Assembly: GCA_964550125.1 (NCBI GenBank)
Contig: CAZJWC010000006.1
Span: forward strand, 6,450-70,449
From: an uncultured Clostridia bacterium
Lineage (GTDB): Bacteria; Bacillota; Clostridia; Christensenellales; Borkfalkiaceae
Reading direction: 5' to 3'
DNA length: 64,000 nt
The stretch's first letter is position 1. Every line of letters starts with the position of its first letter. This document shows positions 17,163 through 25,590 of the stretch, one piece after another. The position numbers and the translations under genes are program-made. The notes under the pieces were generated by a model. That model searched no databases. It worked only from the letters and a program-made list of their open reading frames with translations, and was not told the origin of the DNA.

Positions 17163-17597
17163 TCATTTATTACAATCACACTCAGTCTTACAATGACAGG
17201 CTGGCATTTGCTTAAAATCATCTACCATTGACTGCAAAGTAATTTCGTCTAATACTTTATTGATACCGTCATACAATCTTTTCCAAACCGAACCTGAGGC
17301 ACACTTTTTACAAGAGGCTGTAACGCAACCTACAATTTCCATATTGTCCTCCAGGGTACGAACTATATCACCAACTGTAATTTGCTCTGCACTTTTTGAA
17401 AGCACATAACCTCCGTTTGCCCCTCTCGTTGCAACTGTTATTCCTGCCCCACAAAGCATCCTCATAATTTTTTCAATATACTTGCTTGATACTGAAATCT
17501 CCTTTTCAAGAGTTGATGCCGACATAGGCTTGTCAGGATTGAGTGCCAAAATATAACAGGCTCTTAAACCGTATTGTGATTTTGATGATAACTTCAT
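17163..17597 (-). CDS. Rrf2 family transcriptional regulator (IscR-like) with Cys-rich C-terminal tail
   Basis: MKLSSKSQYGLRACYILA wHTH N-terminus. Cluster-ligand region GCVTASCKKCASG. Tail PACHCKTECDCNK. ATG at 17597 has GGAGAAAGAG upstream; the ORF-track start at 17609 is a TTG. Confidence 0.88.
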   Translation of the reverse strand: MKLSSKSQYGLRACYILALNPDKPMSASTLEKEISVSSKYIEKIMRMLCGAGITVATRGANGGYVLSKSAEQITVGDIVRTLEDNMEIVGCVTASCKKCASGSVWKRLYDGINKVLDEITLQSMVDDFKQMPACHCKTECDCNK

Positions 17598-17611
17598 CTC
17601 TTTCTCCAAAA

Positions 17612-17668
17612 AATAATTGCAACCAAACTGGTCGCAATTATTCTATAACTTTATTATAAATATGTCAA
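17612..17668 (-). promoter_or_regulatory. iscR operon promoter with overlapping inverted-repeat operator
   Basis: Minus strand: TTGACA (17668-17663), 17 nt, TAGAAT (17645-17640). Perfect 9-bp inverted repeat AATAATTGC (17612-17620) / GCAATTATT (17634-17642) with a 13-nt spacer, overlapping the -10 and +1. Confidence 0.6.
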
Positions 17669-17674
17669 ATACTT

Positions 17675-18274
17675 TTATACATTTGAGATATTATTTTTTG
17701 AAAAAGAACAGCCACAATAATTCTGTCTATAAAGATTATATTCTTTGGAAAGATTTATTGAGTCTAAATAGCCGTTTTCCTTTTTAAAATCACAGGGTAA
17801 AAATTCAATTTGGTACAACTTTTCAAGTTCAAAGCCTATTTCATTTATCCAGTTTGCGTTTTTCAGTGGACTTACAGAGAGGGTAGTAGTGAAAAAGTCA
17901 AACCCCTTTTCCCTTGCAACGCAAGCAGTTTTAGACATACGAAGTTTATAGCACTTTTTACATCTTGCACCACCTTCTTTTTCTCCTTCCAATCCGCGAA
18001 TATAGGTATAAAAATCATCAATGTTGCTTTCAACATCTAAAAAACTCGCCCAGCCCGTAGTTTGCAAAAACTTCATCTGTTCAGCCTTGCGTTTAAGATA
18101 TTCCGTTTGGTCATCAATGTTGGGGTTATAGTAAATCACCGTTATATTAAAATAATCTTTTAATACCTTTATGCAATGAGAAGAACAAGGAGCACAACAG
18201 CTATGCAATAAAAGTTTCTTTTTGCCATTTAAACTATTTATTTTTTCCTTCATAAGTTGATTAAAATTAGTCAT
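17675..18274 (-). CDS. queH: epoxyqueuosine reductase QueH (DUF208)
   Basis: LLLHSCCAPCSS plus the C-terminal YRQNYCGC motif. ATG at 18274 is preceded by AGGTGA. Confidence 0.85.
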   Translation of the reverse strand: MTNFNQLMKEKINSLNGKKKLLLHSCCAPCSSHCIKVLKDYFNITVIYYNPNIDDQTEYLKRKAEQMKFLQTTGWASFLDVESNIDDFYTYIRGLEGEKEGGARCKKCYKLRMSKTACVAREKGFDFFTTTLSVSPLKNANWINEIGFELEKLYQIEFLPCDFKKENGYLDSINLSKEYNLYRQNYCGCSFSKNNISNV

Positions 18275-18424
18275 AAATTCACCTGGATAAATTTTAGCAT
18301 TTTTTAAGAGAAAAAACAACAATATTAAAATCGTTGCTTTTTTTTATTTATTATGATATTATTTATTTATCGTGCAAATATATGTGAGTTTGTCGTATAG
18401 CATTTAAAAGGAGAATTTTATAAT

Positions 18425-18709
18425 ATGGAAATGCAAGAAAATCAACCTAAGATGAGCGTAGGTGCTTGGATAGGTACAATTTTGCTTGGTATTATCCCCG
18501 GTGTTAATATCGTTTGCTGGATACTTTGGTTTTTTGGTGTAGGAAATAAAAATAGATGCAGTTTTATCCGTGCATCATTTATCTTTTTTTTGGTAATGGT
18601 TGCACTATTAGTAGGTACATATTTTATTTTAACAAAACTTGTTGGAATTGACCTTATGCAAACCTTACAATCTTTGATTACAACGGTTAGTGAAATGATT
18701 TCAGCATAA
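18425..18709 (+). CDS. small membrane protein, unknown function
   Basis: 94 aa with two hydrophobic segments. AAAGGAG upstream and a terminator downstream. Confidence 0.55.
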   Translation: MEMQENQPKMSVGAWIGTILLGIIPGVNIVCWILWFFGVGNKNRCSFIRASFIFFLVMVALLVGTYFILTKLVGIDLMQTLQSLITTVSEMISA

Positions 18710-18711
18710 TA

Positions 18712-18746
18712 AAAAAATAACGGACGTTTAAAACGTCCGTTTTTTA
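18712..18746. terminator. bidirectional intrinsic terminator
   Basis: ACGGACG / CGTCCGT stem flanked by AAAAAAA and TTTTT, between convergent genes. Confidence 0.8.
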
Positions 18747-19340
18747 TTCTACAATTTCTTTATTTTCTTGCTCACGCATACTCTTTCGTAAAGTATATTT
18801 AAGCAAAGTTTGAAGTCTAGGTGTATTGTACCTCAAAATGAATAGAGGTAAAAAATTTAAAAACATATTTACGATTGCTACGGGCAATCCAAACATATAA
18901 AAATATTTAGGCTGTATAAGAAGAATTAAAAAGCCTACAAATACAAGCACCAAATGAATAACTGCACCATAATTATTTTCTAAAATAAACCTTTTTATAT
19001 ATTCAGGGTTGTTAGGGTCTTTTATTTCGCTCTTGCTAAAACTTGTAAAACAACCTAGTTCAAGAACTTTATCCTTCCACTTTTTAATACCTATCGCTTC
19101 GTAAAAACGAATTTCTCTTTTACTTGCCTTTGCCCATTTTACATTGTAATCAAACCATTTTGCAGGCAAGCACCTTCTTATAATGGTTGCAAAAATTCCA
19201 TCAACAGCAATTACAGCAACTGTATTGATAACTACGGAAAGCACTATGTATAAAATTGAAAGTTCAAAGGTATTAAAGGCAATGTTAAAAGCCATTATTG
19301 CAAGCATTGATAAGCCTATCGTCAAAATGTAAAACAACAT
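18744..19340 (-). CDS. CrtO-like membrane acyltransferase (glycosyl-4,4'-diaponeurosporenoate acyltransferase family)
   Basis: IGIKKWKDKVLELG, NNYGAVIHLV and LPLFILRYNTPRLQTLLK parallel the KWKHKILDG / AELIHW / IVQRYNRPRLTQLL motifs of staphylococcal CrtO as I recall them. Confidence 0.65.
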   Translation of the reverse strand: MLFYILTIGLSMLAIMAFNIAFNTFELSILYIVLSVVINTVAVIAVDGIFATIIRRCLPAKWFDYNVKWAKASKREIRFYEAIGIKKWKDKVLELGCFTSFSKSEIKDPNNPEYIKRFILENNYGAVIHLVLVFVGFLILLIQPKYFYMFGLPVAIVNMFLNFLPLFILRYNTPRLQTLLKYTLRKSMREQENKEIVE

Positions 19341-19345
19341 TGTTT

Positions 19346-20179
19346 TTATTCCTTTTCATAAGTTAGTGGCACACCGTAAAACTTTTCATAAGTTTCCTTC
19401 CATAAACGATAATTCTCTTGTGCCATATATTCAATATTCTCCTTGTCGGTAAAATCCTCTTTAGGATAGATAGGAGGTAAAAAATGTAAATGATATTCTT
19501 GCAAGTTAAAGCCATCAGCACCTATTTTGTCGCTGTCGGTCATTGTTATAAAAGCAGGTATTATTGGCACATTTGCACTTACGGCAAATTTGAAAGCACC
19601 ACTTTTAACAGGACGGGGCTTTCTATAATTCCACCACATACCTTGTTCGGGATAAATTAAAATCTTTTCTCCTCTGGTAAGCAAAGTATTTACACTTCTT
19701 AAAAAGTTTTTCATTGTAGCAAGAACGCTACTCAAAGGCAATGTATTGCAGTTCCTAAAAAAGAATCCGTATATACCCTTAAAGTTAGTATAGTTACCCT
19801 CACGAATAACACGATACAAATGCTTTTTCCCTAAACTTTTTTGTATCGCTTTGAAAACCACATAGTTGTCATAAGGATTAAAGTGGTTGCAAGTAATCAT
19901 TGCCCCACCTTTAACTGACAAATAGTTTTCAAAACCAATAATCTCTTTTATTATTAAATTGCCTTTCTTTATCTCTTTATCAAAATAGGCTATTGCGACT
20001 TTGTTTGCAAAGTATGATTTTATTTTACTAGATAGTTTTTTCCCTAAATAGTCAACTTTATCAGGTTGGAGAGGAATAGTTTCAGGATCGTCCTCAACAT
20101 CTTTGTCCCACCAACCTTTTTTTTCATACTCGTTTATCTTTTCTAAAATAGCAAGCCTTTCTGCTGATTTTTCAACCAT
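19346..20179 (-). CDS. lysophospholipid (PlsC/AGPAT-family) acyltransferase
   Basis: HX4D motif in ITCNHFNPYDN and an EG-type motif IYPEQGMW. ATG at 20179 lies 1 nt after the GT8 stop. Confidence 0.8.
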   Translation of the reverse strand: MVEKSAERLAILEKINEYEKKGWWDKDVEDDPETIPLQPDKVDYLGKKLSSKIKSYFANKVAIAYFDKEIKKGNLIIKEIIGFENYLSVKGGAMITCNHFNPYDNYVVFKAIQKSLGKKHLYRVIREGNYTNFKGIYGFFFRNCNTLPLSSVLATMKNFLRSVNTLLTRGEKILIYPEQGMWWNYRKPRPVKSGAFKFAVSANVPIIPAFITMTDSDKIGADGFNLQEYHLHFLPPIYPKEDFTDKENIEYMAQENYRLWKETYEKFYGVPLTYEKE

Positions 20180-20180
20180 A

Positions 20181-21203
20181 TTAACCAACAACGCTTACTT
20201 GTTTACCGGTATCTGCAAGTAGACTAGTTGCTCCCTCTACAATTCTATTTGCTTTTTCAAATAAATTCATTTCAAGTTCAGTAGCAGGCTTTAATTCCCC
20301 ACTCTCAACCCTTTTTATTTCGCTTTCAGCAAGTGCTTCCAAATTTGCATATTGCTTAAAATCTCTTTGGCGTTGCTCCTCTGTATAATTTTTAAGAATT
20401 GAATCAATCTTGTCAAAATAGGGAGTTTCCTTTGCATAACTCCAGAACAAATCACCAAACATAACGTTTTCAAAATGCCAAGGTTTCCAGTTGATTTTGT
20501 AGTGAGCAAGTTTTACTCTACTCTCATCAAAGGGAATTTCCTTGATAGGAGTTTTGTTCCAAGCAACATCAATCATTAAAACTTTATTCTTGCAAAGTAC
20601 ATTTAAATAATCTTCATCTTGAGTAACTTGGAATTTATAGCGAGAAAGTAACTCAATAAAACCACCTTCAATATCATCATTTCTCATTTTCTTTAAGTTC
20701 ATAACAAGTACGCCTGCATTGAAAAATTTATCACGGCGAATACCACACAATTTTTCAGCGTAAGTACCAAATACATCAACTTGAGTCATAACTTCTTCAA
20801 CGATTGCACCAACATAATTGTTTAAAATGTTATGATTGTACAGTTTTGAAATATCATCTGCAATTATAACATCGCAGTCAAGATATAAAGCCTTGTCATA
20901 TTGAGGGAACATTTTAGGAACAAAAAATCTAAAATAAGTAGTGTTCGTATAATAATCTCTCATATGCAACTTGTCTTTAATTCTTTCAAGTTCATTGCTT
21001 ACGTCAACGAAAGTGATTTTAACATAATCGTTAGCCATAGCACCTATTACTTTTTTATTTTCTTCACTCAATGAAGCCGTTAAAACGTTGATATCGTAAA
21101 AATATTTTTTTGATGCGTTTTTTATAAGTGAGTGAATAGCAACCCCAAGAAAAGGTGCGTAATTGTCATCTGTTGCGAAAAATATAGGAATTTGTTTTGT
21201 CAT
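20181..21203 (-). CDS. glycosyltransferase family 8
   Basis: IPIFFATDDNYAPFLGVAIHSL and DxD in ALYLDCDVII. ATG at 21203 has GAAGGAG upstream. Confidence 0.88.
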   Translation of the reverse strand: MTKQIPIFFATDDNYAPFLGVAIHSLIKNASKKYFYDINVLTASLSEENKKVIGAMANDYVKITFVDVSNELERIKDKLHMRDYYTNTTYFRFFVPKMFPQYDKALYLDCDVIIADDISKLYNHNILNNYVGAIVEEVMTQVDVFGTYAEKLCGIRRDKFFNAGVLVMNLKKMRNDDIEGGFIELLSRYKFQVTQDEDYLNVLCKNKVLMIDVAWNKTPIKEIPFDESRVKLAHYKINWKPWHFENVMFGDLFWSYAKETPYFDKIDSILKNYTEEQRQRDFKQYANLEALAESEIKRVESGELKPATELEMNLFEKANRIVEGATSLLADTGKQVSVVG

Positions 21204-21437
21204 AATTACTCCTTCGTTTTTAACTAATTCAAAAATAATCCACATCTCATATGTGTACCTATATTGTAAATGAAAATTTTGATAAAATCTACAAAATTTG
21301 GTCTACCCTTTTGTTTTTGATATAAACTACTAATTTTTAGTAAAGTAGACTTGAAGCAACCTAAATAGAGAATTAAATTTTAAATATAATAAAAGTAGAA
21401 TTTAGGTAAACTGAAAGTAGAACATCCCATAAATAAA

Positions 21438-21470
21438 GGGAAAAAGGAGGGTGTTTTGCCCTCCTTTTAA
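21438..21470 (-). terminator. intrinsic terminator downstream of DUF975 gene
   Basis: AGGAGGG / CCCTCCT stem. On the minus strand it is followed by TTTTTCCCTTT. Confidence 0.75.
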
Positions 21471-21512
21471 AATAAATTTAATCAAACATTTTTAATTTTT
21501 AAAAATTTTAAT

Positions 21513-22220
21513 TTATTCTACTTCCTTTTTTTCTTCATTTTTTACATTAGAATCGTCAGTAGATTTAGCAGTAGAGTTCTTCTTTTTCTTCTTAGTAGAG
21601 TTTTTTTCACCACTTTCAACCTCAACACTGCTCGCCTTTTCTACTTTTTCTCCATTTTTAATTTGCTCATAAAATTCTGCCTTTGCCATTTCAAAATAAG
21701 GCTTAAAGAAAAGATAATAAACTAATCCTAATGTGATAATTGAAAGTAACCACCAACCTATAAAAGATAAGCAAAACTTTGTGTAGTTCCACTTGTTGCC
21801 GTTCATAAGTTGATTTGACCTTGCAAGTGCAAGTTTAGGTGTGATTTTAGGATTATCGTAAAGTATATTCATAGCCATTGAATATGAAATACCTTTAATA
21901 ATACCAGGAACTATTAAAAGTAGTGAAAATGCAAATACCTTTATCCATCTCAAAAGATATGTAAGTGCAGGAACTACAAACTTTTTAAAAGCAGAAAACA
22001 AATCATCATAAACGGGAGATTGATTTCTTGATAGTTTTAAAACATATGTAACATAGCCCAAAAGCAAAGGACCTTCAACGAGCAACGCACCAGCACCTAA
22101 AAACAAACAAAAAGTTGCCATCATAATAAGCATATAGAGTATACTAACTGCAATAATTTGTTCCCACTTGCCCTTCAATTTGCTAGTAGCGTTATTTTTC
22201 ATTTCTTTTATTGTTTGCAT
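21513..22220 (-). CDS. DUF975 family membrane protein with Lys/Glu-rich tail
   Basis: N-terminus KNNATSKLKGKWEQIIAVSILYMLI is typical of DUF975. Four TM segments. C-terminal low-complexity tail NSTKKKKKNSTAK...EEKKEVE. Confidence 0.7.
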   Translation of the reverse strand: MQTIKEMKNNATSKLKGKWEQIIAVSILYMLIMMATFCLFLGAGALLVEGPLLLGYVTYVLKLSRNQSPVYDDLFSAFKKFVVPALTYLLRWIKVFAFSLLLIVPGIIKGISYSMAMNILYDNPKITPKLALARSNQLMNGNKWNYTKFCLSFIGWWLLSIITLGLVYYLFFKPYFEMAKAEFYEQIKNGEKVEKASSVEVESGEKNSTKKKKKNSTAKSTDDSNVKNEEKKEVE

Positions 22221-22355
22221 ATAAATTCTCCATTTAAAATTTCAATTTAAAAACAAGCAAAGTATAGCATATATTATGTTATCGAACAAACAAATAAATT
22301 GTCGCTTTTTAGTTTTTCGTGTAATTTTTACAAACTTAGTAGAAAAATTACACAA

Positions 22356-22388
22356 TTAAAGCCATCAACCTTGTTGATGGCTTTTTAA
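22356..22388. terminator. intrinsic terminator downstream of GNAT gene
   Basis: GCCATCAA / TTGATGGC stem, with TTTTTAATC on plus and TTTAATT on minus. Confidence 0.6.
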
Positions 22389-22397
22389 TCATTAAAT

Positions 22398-22856
22398 TTA
22401 AAATCGTAGAACGAACATTAAACTGTTTGAATCACTTTTAAGAGTTTCCCCTTCAAACGCGAACGATTTATACAGGTTAATTGCAGTAATATTATCAGGG
22501 GAAGTTTTTAATCGTATTCCTTTTATTTTTAAACCTTTGCAATACTCAATATATTCTTTTAACAAAATAAAGGCATACCCTTTTCCTCTAAACTCAGGCA
22601 AAGTACCCACCAAAGATATATATGAAAATCCGTCCACCAAGTCCGTCGTATAACCTATAACTGCTGATATGATTTTTCCATTGTCATCTGTTTTAACAAC
22701 TTTATAGGCTTTTTCATACAACTTATCCGTATACTCCAACAAATCCACTTGTTTTGAAAGAGGTGTTTTATACTGTGAATCCATACTAAATACAAATTCT
22801 TTTAAACTTTCCTTGCTTACTGAAACCATATATAAAATTTCTCTTATTTTTTCCAA
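22398..22856 (-). CDS. GNAT family N-acetyltransferase
   Basis: Acetyl-CoA motif A region LPEFRGKGYAFILLKEYIEY. Start is TTG at 22856 (overlapping the upstream stop) or ATG at 22829. Confidence 0.78.
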   Translation of the reverse strand: MEKIREILYMVSVSKESLKEFVFSMDSQYKTPLSKQVDLLEYTDKLYEKAYKVVKTDDNGKIISAVIGYTTDLVDGFSYISLVGTLPEFRGKGYAFILLKEYIEYCKGLKIKGIRLKTSPDNITAINLYKSFAFEGETLKSDSNSLMFVLRF

Positions 22857-24082
22857 TCGTTTACAATATATTTTCTTTTTTGAGAAGAAAGCACGGGTAT
22901 TTCTTTAACATACTCGATTTTTATAACAGCATCATCACCTAATACCCTTGAAAGTAGAGTAATTAGTTTTTCCTCGTCTACTTTTGAAATAGCATTAACA
23001 TTTAAACAATATAAGTATTGCCCCTTTTGAATAAATTGCCATTGCAAGATATTACTCATACCCCACATTGAGTGTGAAATATCAAATGGACACAACAAAT
23101 TGTTTTTAGTATCATAAATAGAATCCACTCGCCTGCCGTATATCTGTTCAAGTTCAATTTGATTATCTTTAATACAATAACTACCCAAATCACCCGTATC
23201 ATACCTAATCAAAGGAAATGCGTGATTGTGTAAATCGGTAAATACAAGCCTACCAATCTCACCCTCATTTGCAGTTTCATCACAATCCAGTTTTAAAACC
23301 TCTATATAAAAAGACGATTTGTTTATCTTATAATTTGTTTTACCAAACTCTTTTTGTGCAAGAGTACCCATTTCCATATCAGCGTATCTATCAAAAAGTG
23401 GGCATTTAAAAACCTTTATGATTTTTTCAGCAACGGTATCAGTTAAAGTTTCAGCACTGACAATAACTGATTTACACCCAAACTCATAATCCTTATTTTG
23501 CTTAATAATGTAATTTGCTATATTTTCAAGTATAGAAGAATAACCAAATATCGTTATCGGTTTCCAATCTAAAATAAAGTCAATAAGTTTATCAATATTA
23601 TTTTCATCAAACTTTGAGATATCATATCGCCAAATATTTTCTCTCTTATCGACCTCTCTATCTACTTGCTTGCCAATTAATGAGCGTAAGTGAAGCATTT
23701 TATCGTGCGAATTATAAAATGCATAATCGCCATAAACTTTTAAATCAGCAATCGCTCTTGCCCTTTTTACAAAATCTTGTTTTACCTGAAAGGGCGTTCC
23801 CGTTGAACCACTAGTAAGAGATATATGTGAGGGCTTTGCAAAACTCTCATCACTCAAAAAATCGTCATAATTCGACAAATAATCAGCCTTAGTCAATACA
23901 GGAAAAACATCATCTATTTTGTACTTTGAATAAAACTTAGTATGCTTGATAGCATATTCTTTAATATCTTGCAGTTTATTTTCAAACCTTACAACGCTCG
24001 ATTGATTTTCCTTTAAAATCTCATTATACTGTTCAAAAACCAATGGATTGTTTTTAAAAAACTCGATTGCTTTATCGTTCAT
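22844..24082 (-). CDS. adenylate-forming enzyme, phenylacetate-CoA ligase / CapK-like (ANL superfamily)
   Basis: AMP motif LTSGSTGTPF, hinge motif IRYDTGDLG, and a C-terminal catalytic Lys region SSQKRKY. Confidence 0.8.
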   Translation of the reverse strand: MNDKAIEFFKNNPLVFEQYNEILKENQSSVVRFENKLQDIKEYAIKHTKFYSKYKIDDVFPVLTKADYLSNYDDFLSDESFAKPSHISLTSGSTGTPFQVKQDFVKRARAIADLKVYGDYAFYNSHDKMLHLRSLIGKQVDREVDKRENIWRYDISKFDENNIDKLIDFILDWKPITIFGYSSILENIANYIIKQNKDYEFGCKSVIVSAETLTDTVAEKIIKVFKCPLFDRYADMEMGTLAQKEFGKTNYKINKSSFYIEVLKLDCDETANEGEIGRLVFTDLHNHAFPLIRYDTGDLGSYCIKDNQIELEQIYGRRVDSIYDTKNNLLCPFDISHSMWGMSNILQWQFIQKGQYLYCLNVNAISKVDEEKLITLLSRVLGDDAVIKIEYVKEIPVLSSQKRKYIVNDWKK

Positions 24083-24107
24083 TTATTCTTCCCTTATTAA
24101 ATAAAAA

Positions 24108-24182
24108 TGGCTGGGGTGATAGGATTTGAACCTATGCGTAACGGAGTCAGAGTCCGTTGCCTTACCGCTTGGCGACACCCCA
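24108..24182 (-). tRNA. tRNA-Gln (CUG)
   Basis: TGGGGTGTCGCCAAGCGGTAAGGCAACGGACTCTGACTCCGTTACGCATAGGTTCAAATCCTATCACCCCAGCCA folds as a cloverleaf. U1-A72, G73, anticodon loop CTCTGAC, encoded CCA. Confidence 0.95.
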
Positions 24183-24192
24183 ATGCCTTTTA

Positions 24193-24221
24193 ATTTTAGC
24201 ACAAATTTTATTTTGATACAA
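24193..24221 (-). promoter_or_regulatory. extended -10 promoter for tRNA-Gln
   Basis: Minus strand: TTGTAT (24221-24216), 17 nt, TGcTAAAAT (-10 at 24198-24193), 10 nt before the tRNA 5' end. Confidence 0.6.
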
Positions 24222-24299
24222 TCAAATGATAACATAAAAATTAAAAGTTTAATATAAAATAAAATACAACAACAAATTATAAGACGCAAGGAGAATTTT

Positions 24300-24902
24300 A
24301 TGAGTGAATTTTTGAGTAACATTATAGGAAAAAAATGTATTAAAAGTAACGGAGAGTTGGTTGGAACGGTTTTTAAGTTGACTGCAAATAAAGATTATAC
24401 AAAAATTAAAAATATTTATCTTTTTGATGAAAAGGAGGAAGAAATAGTTTTTTCTTTTTGTTCGATTGAGCATATCGGCAGTGGAGGAATAATAATGGGG
24501 CAACTTGTTAAAGGTTTAAAAATTGAAAGCGAACTTCCATTAGGAATTTTTGTAATAGACAAGCGTGGCAACGACCTTGGACAAGTGATTGACTTTGAGT
24601 TTGATGGAAACAGCCTTAATTATTTGATAACTACAAAAGGAAAATATCAAACAAAAAAGGTTGAAATTTTAAGCAAGGAATTTATCATTTTAAATTTAGA
24701 AAAAAATACTAACAAACCTGAAAAGAAACAGGCAGAAAATACAACCCCTATGCTTACAGGTAAAAAAATAAAAAAACCCATCTATAACAATTTTGGCGAA
24801 CTTATAATTGCACAAGGCACTTTAATTACACCTGACATTGTAAAGAGGGCTTTGAATAACGGAAAACTATTTGAGTTAACCCTTAACACTCTAATGAATT
24901 GA
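24300..24902 (+). CDS. PRC-barrel domain protein (two PRC-like repeats)
   Basis: IGKKCIKSNGELVGTVFKL and VIDKRGNDLGQVIDFEFDG resemble PRC-barrel (YlmC/YmxH-like) cores. AAGGAG RBS present. Confidence 0.5.
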   Translation: MSEFLSNIIGKKCIKSNGELVGTVFKLTANKDYTKIKNIYLFDEKEEEIVFSFCSIEHIGSGGIIMGQLVKGLKIESELPLGIFVIDKRGNDLGQVIDFEFDGNSLNYLITTKGKYQTKKVEILSKEFIILNLEKNTNKPEKKQAENTTPMLTGKKIKKPIYNNFGELIIAQGTLITPDIVKRALNNGKLFELTLNTLMN

Positions 24903-25590
24903 CATTGTACTTTGACATAAATTTGATAAGAGAGGATAATTCGTCATTGAGAGTACGGGCTTCATCTTCGGTAAAATTCTTTTTTCCGTTTAGAGCAAAT
25001 AAATTATTTTCTATTTGAGATATTTCTAACTCATCATACTCGTTTAAATCTTTATCTTTTAAAAGTGAAATCATACCCAAGGCATGTTCAAGTTTTATAT
25101 CAAGTTGTACTGTCCTTGGGGGAAATTCTTCCTTTTTTATAAAATGCTTATTACTTTCGCTCACTACGATATTTGAAGTAGGATTATCTCCTTTTATGAT
25201 ACTCAAAATATTGTATAATATATAAGACAGCAATTTATTTAGCATTGCGTAAAAGACAGAGGCATAAAAGGACAATTTAGTTATATTTGTGTTATGCAAC
25301 TTACACATACAAAAACAAAATAGACTTATAGCACAAACACTACCCAAAACATTATACCAACCTTTTTTGCTTGTTCTTACTCTTTGCGAAAACGCACACA
25401 TAAAAATTAAAATTATAAAGATGAAGACAGGCAAAGCAAATAGAAAAAAGAAAGTATCCATAATATCTAAACTTCCTATTGCCCCCACTATATAATTACA
25501 GACATAAGAAAAATACTCAACCATAATTTGAACCTCACAAACTTTTGATTGAGTATATACTTTTTTTAAATGAAATATACTAGATTTCAA
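24883..25590 (-). CDS. hypothetical membrane protein
   Basis: 235-aa ORF overlapping the addA stop by 11 nt. Three or four hydrophobic segments, then an acidic coiled C-terminus. Start uncertain (an internal Met follows 22 codons later). Confidence 0.45.
   Translation of the reverse strand: MKSSIFHLKKVYTQSKVCEVQIMVEYFSYVCNYIVGAIGSLDIMDTFFFLFALPVFIFIILIFMCAFSQRVRTSKKGWYNVLGSVCAISLFCFCMCKLHNTNITKLSFYASVFYAMLNKLLSYILYNILSIIKGDNPTSNIVVSESNKHFIKKEEFPPRTVQLDIKLEHALGMISLLKDKDLNEYDELEISQIENNLFALNGKKNFTEDEARTLNDELSSLIKFMSKYNVNSLEC

Noticed and set aside
24083-24503. 79-aa and 84-aa minus-strand ORFs
   Set aside because: They overlap the tRNA-Gln gene and its promoter, or run antisense to the PRC-barrel gene. 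Their composition is that of AT-rich non-coding sequence.
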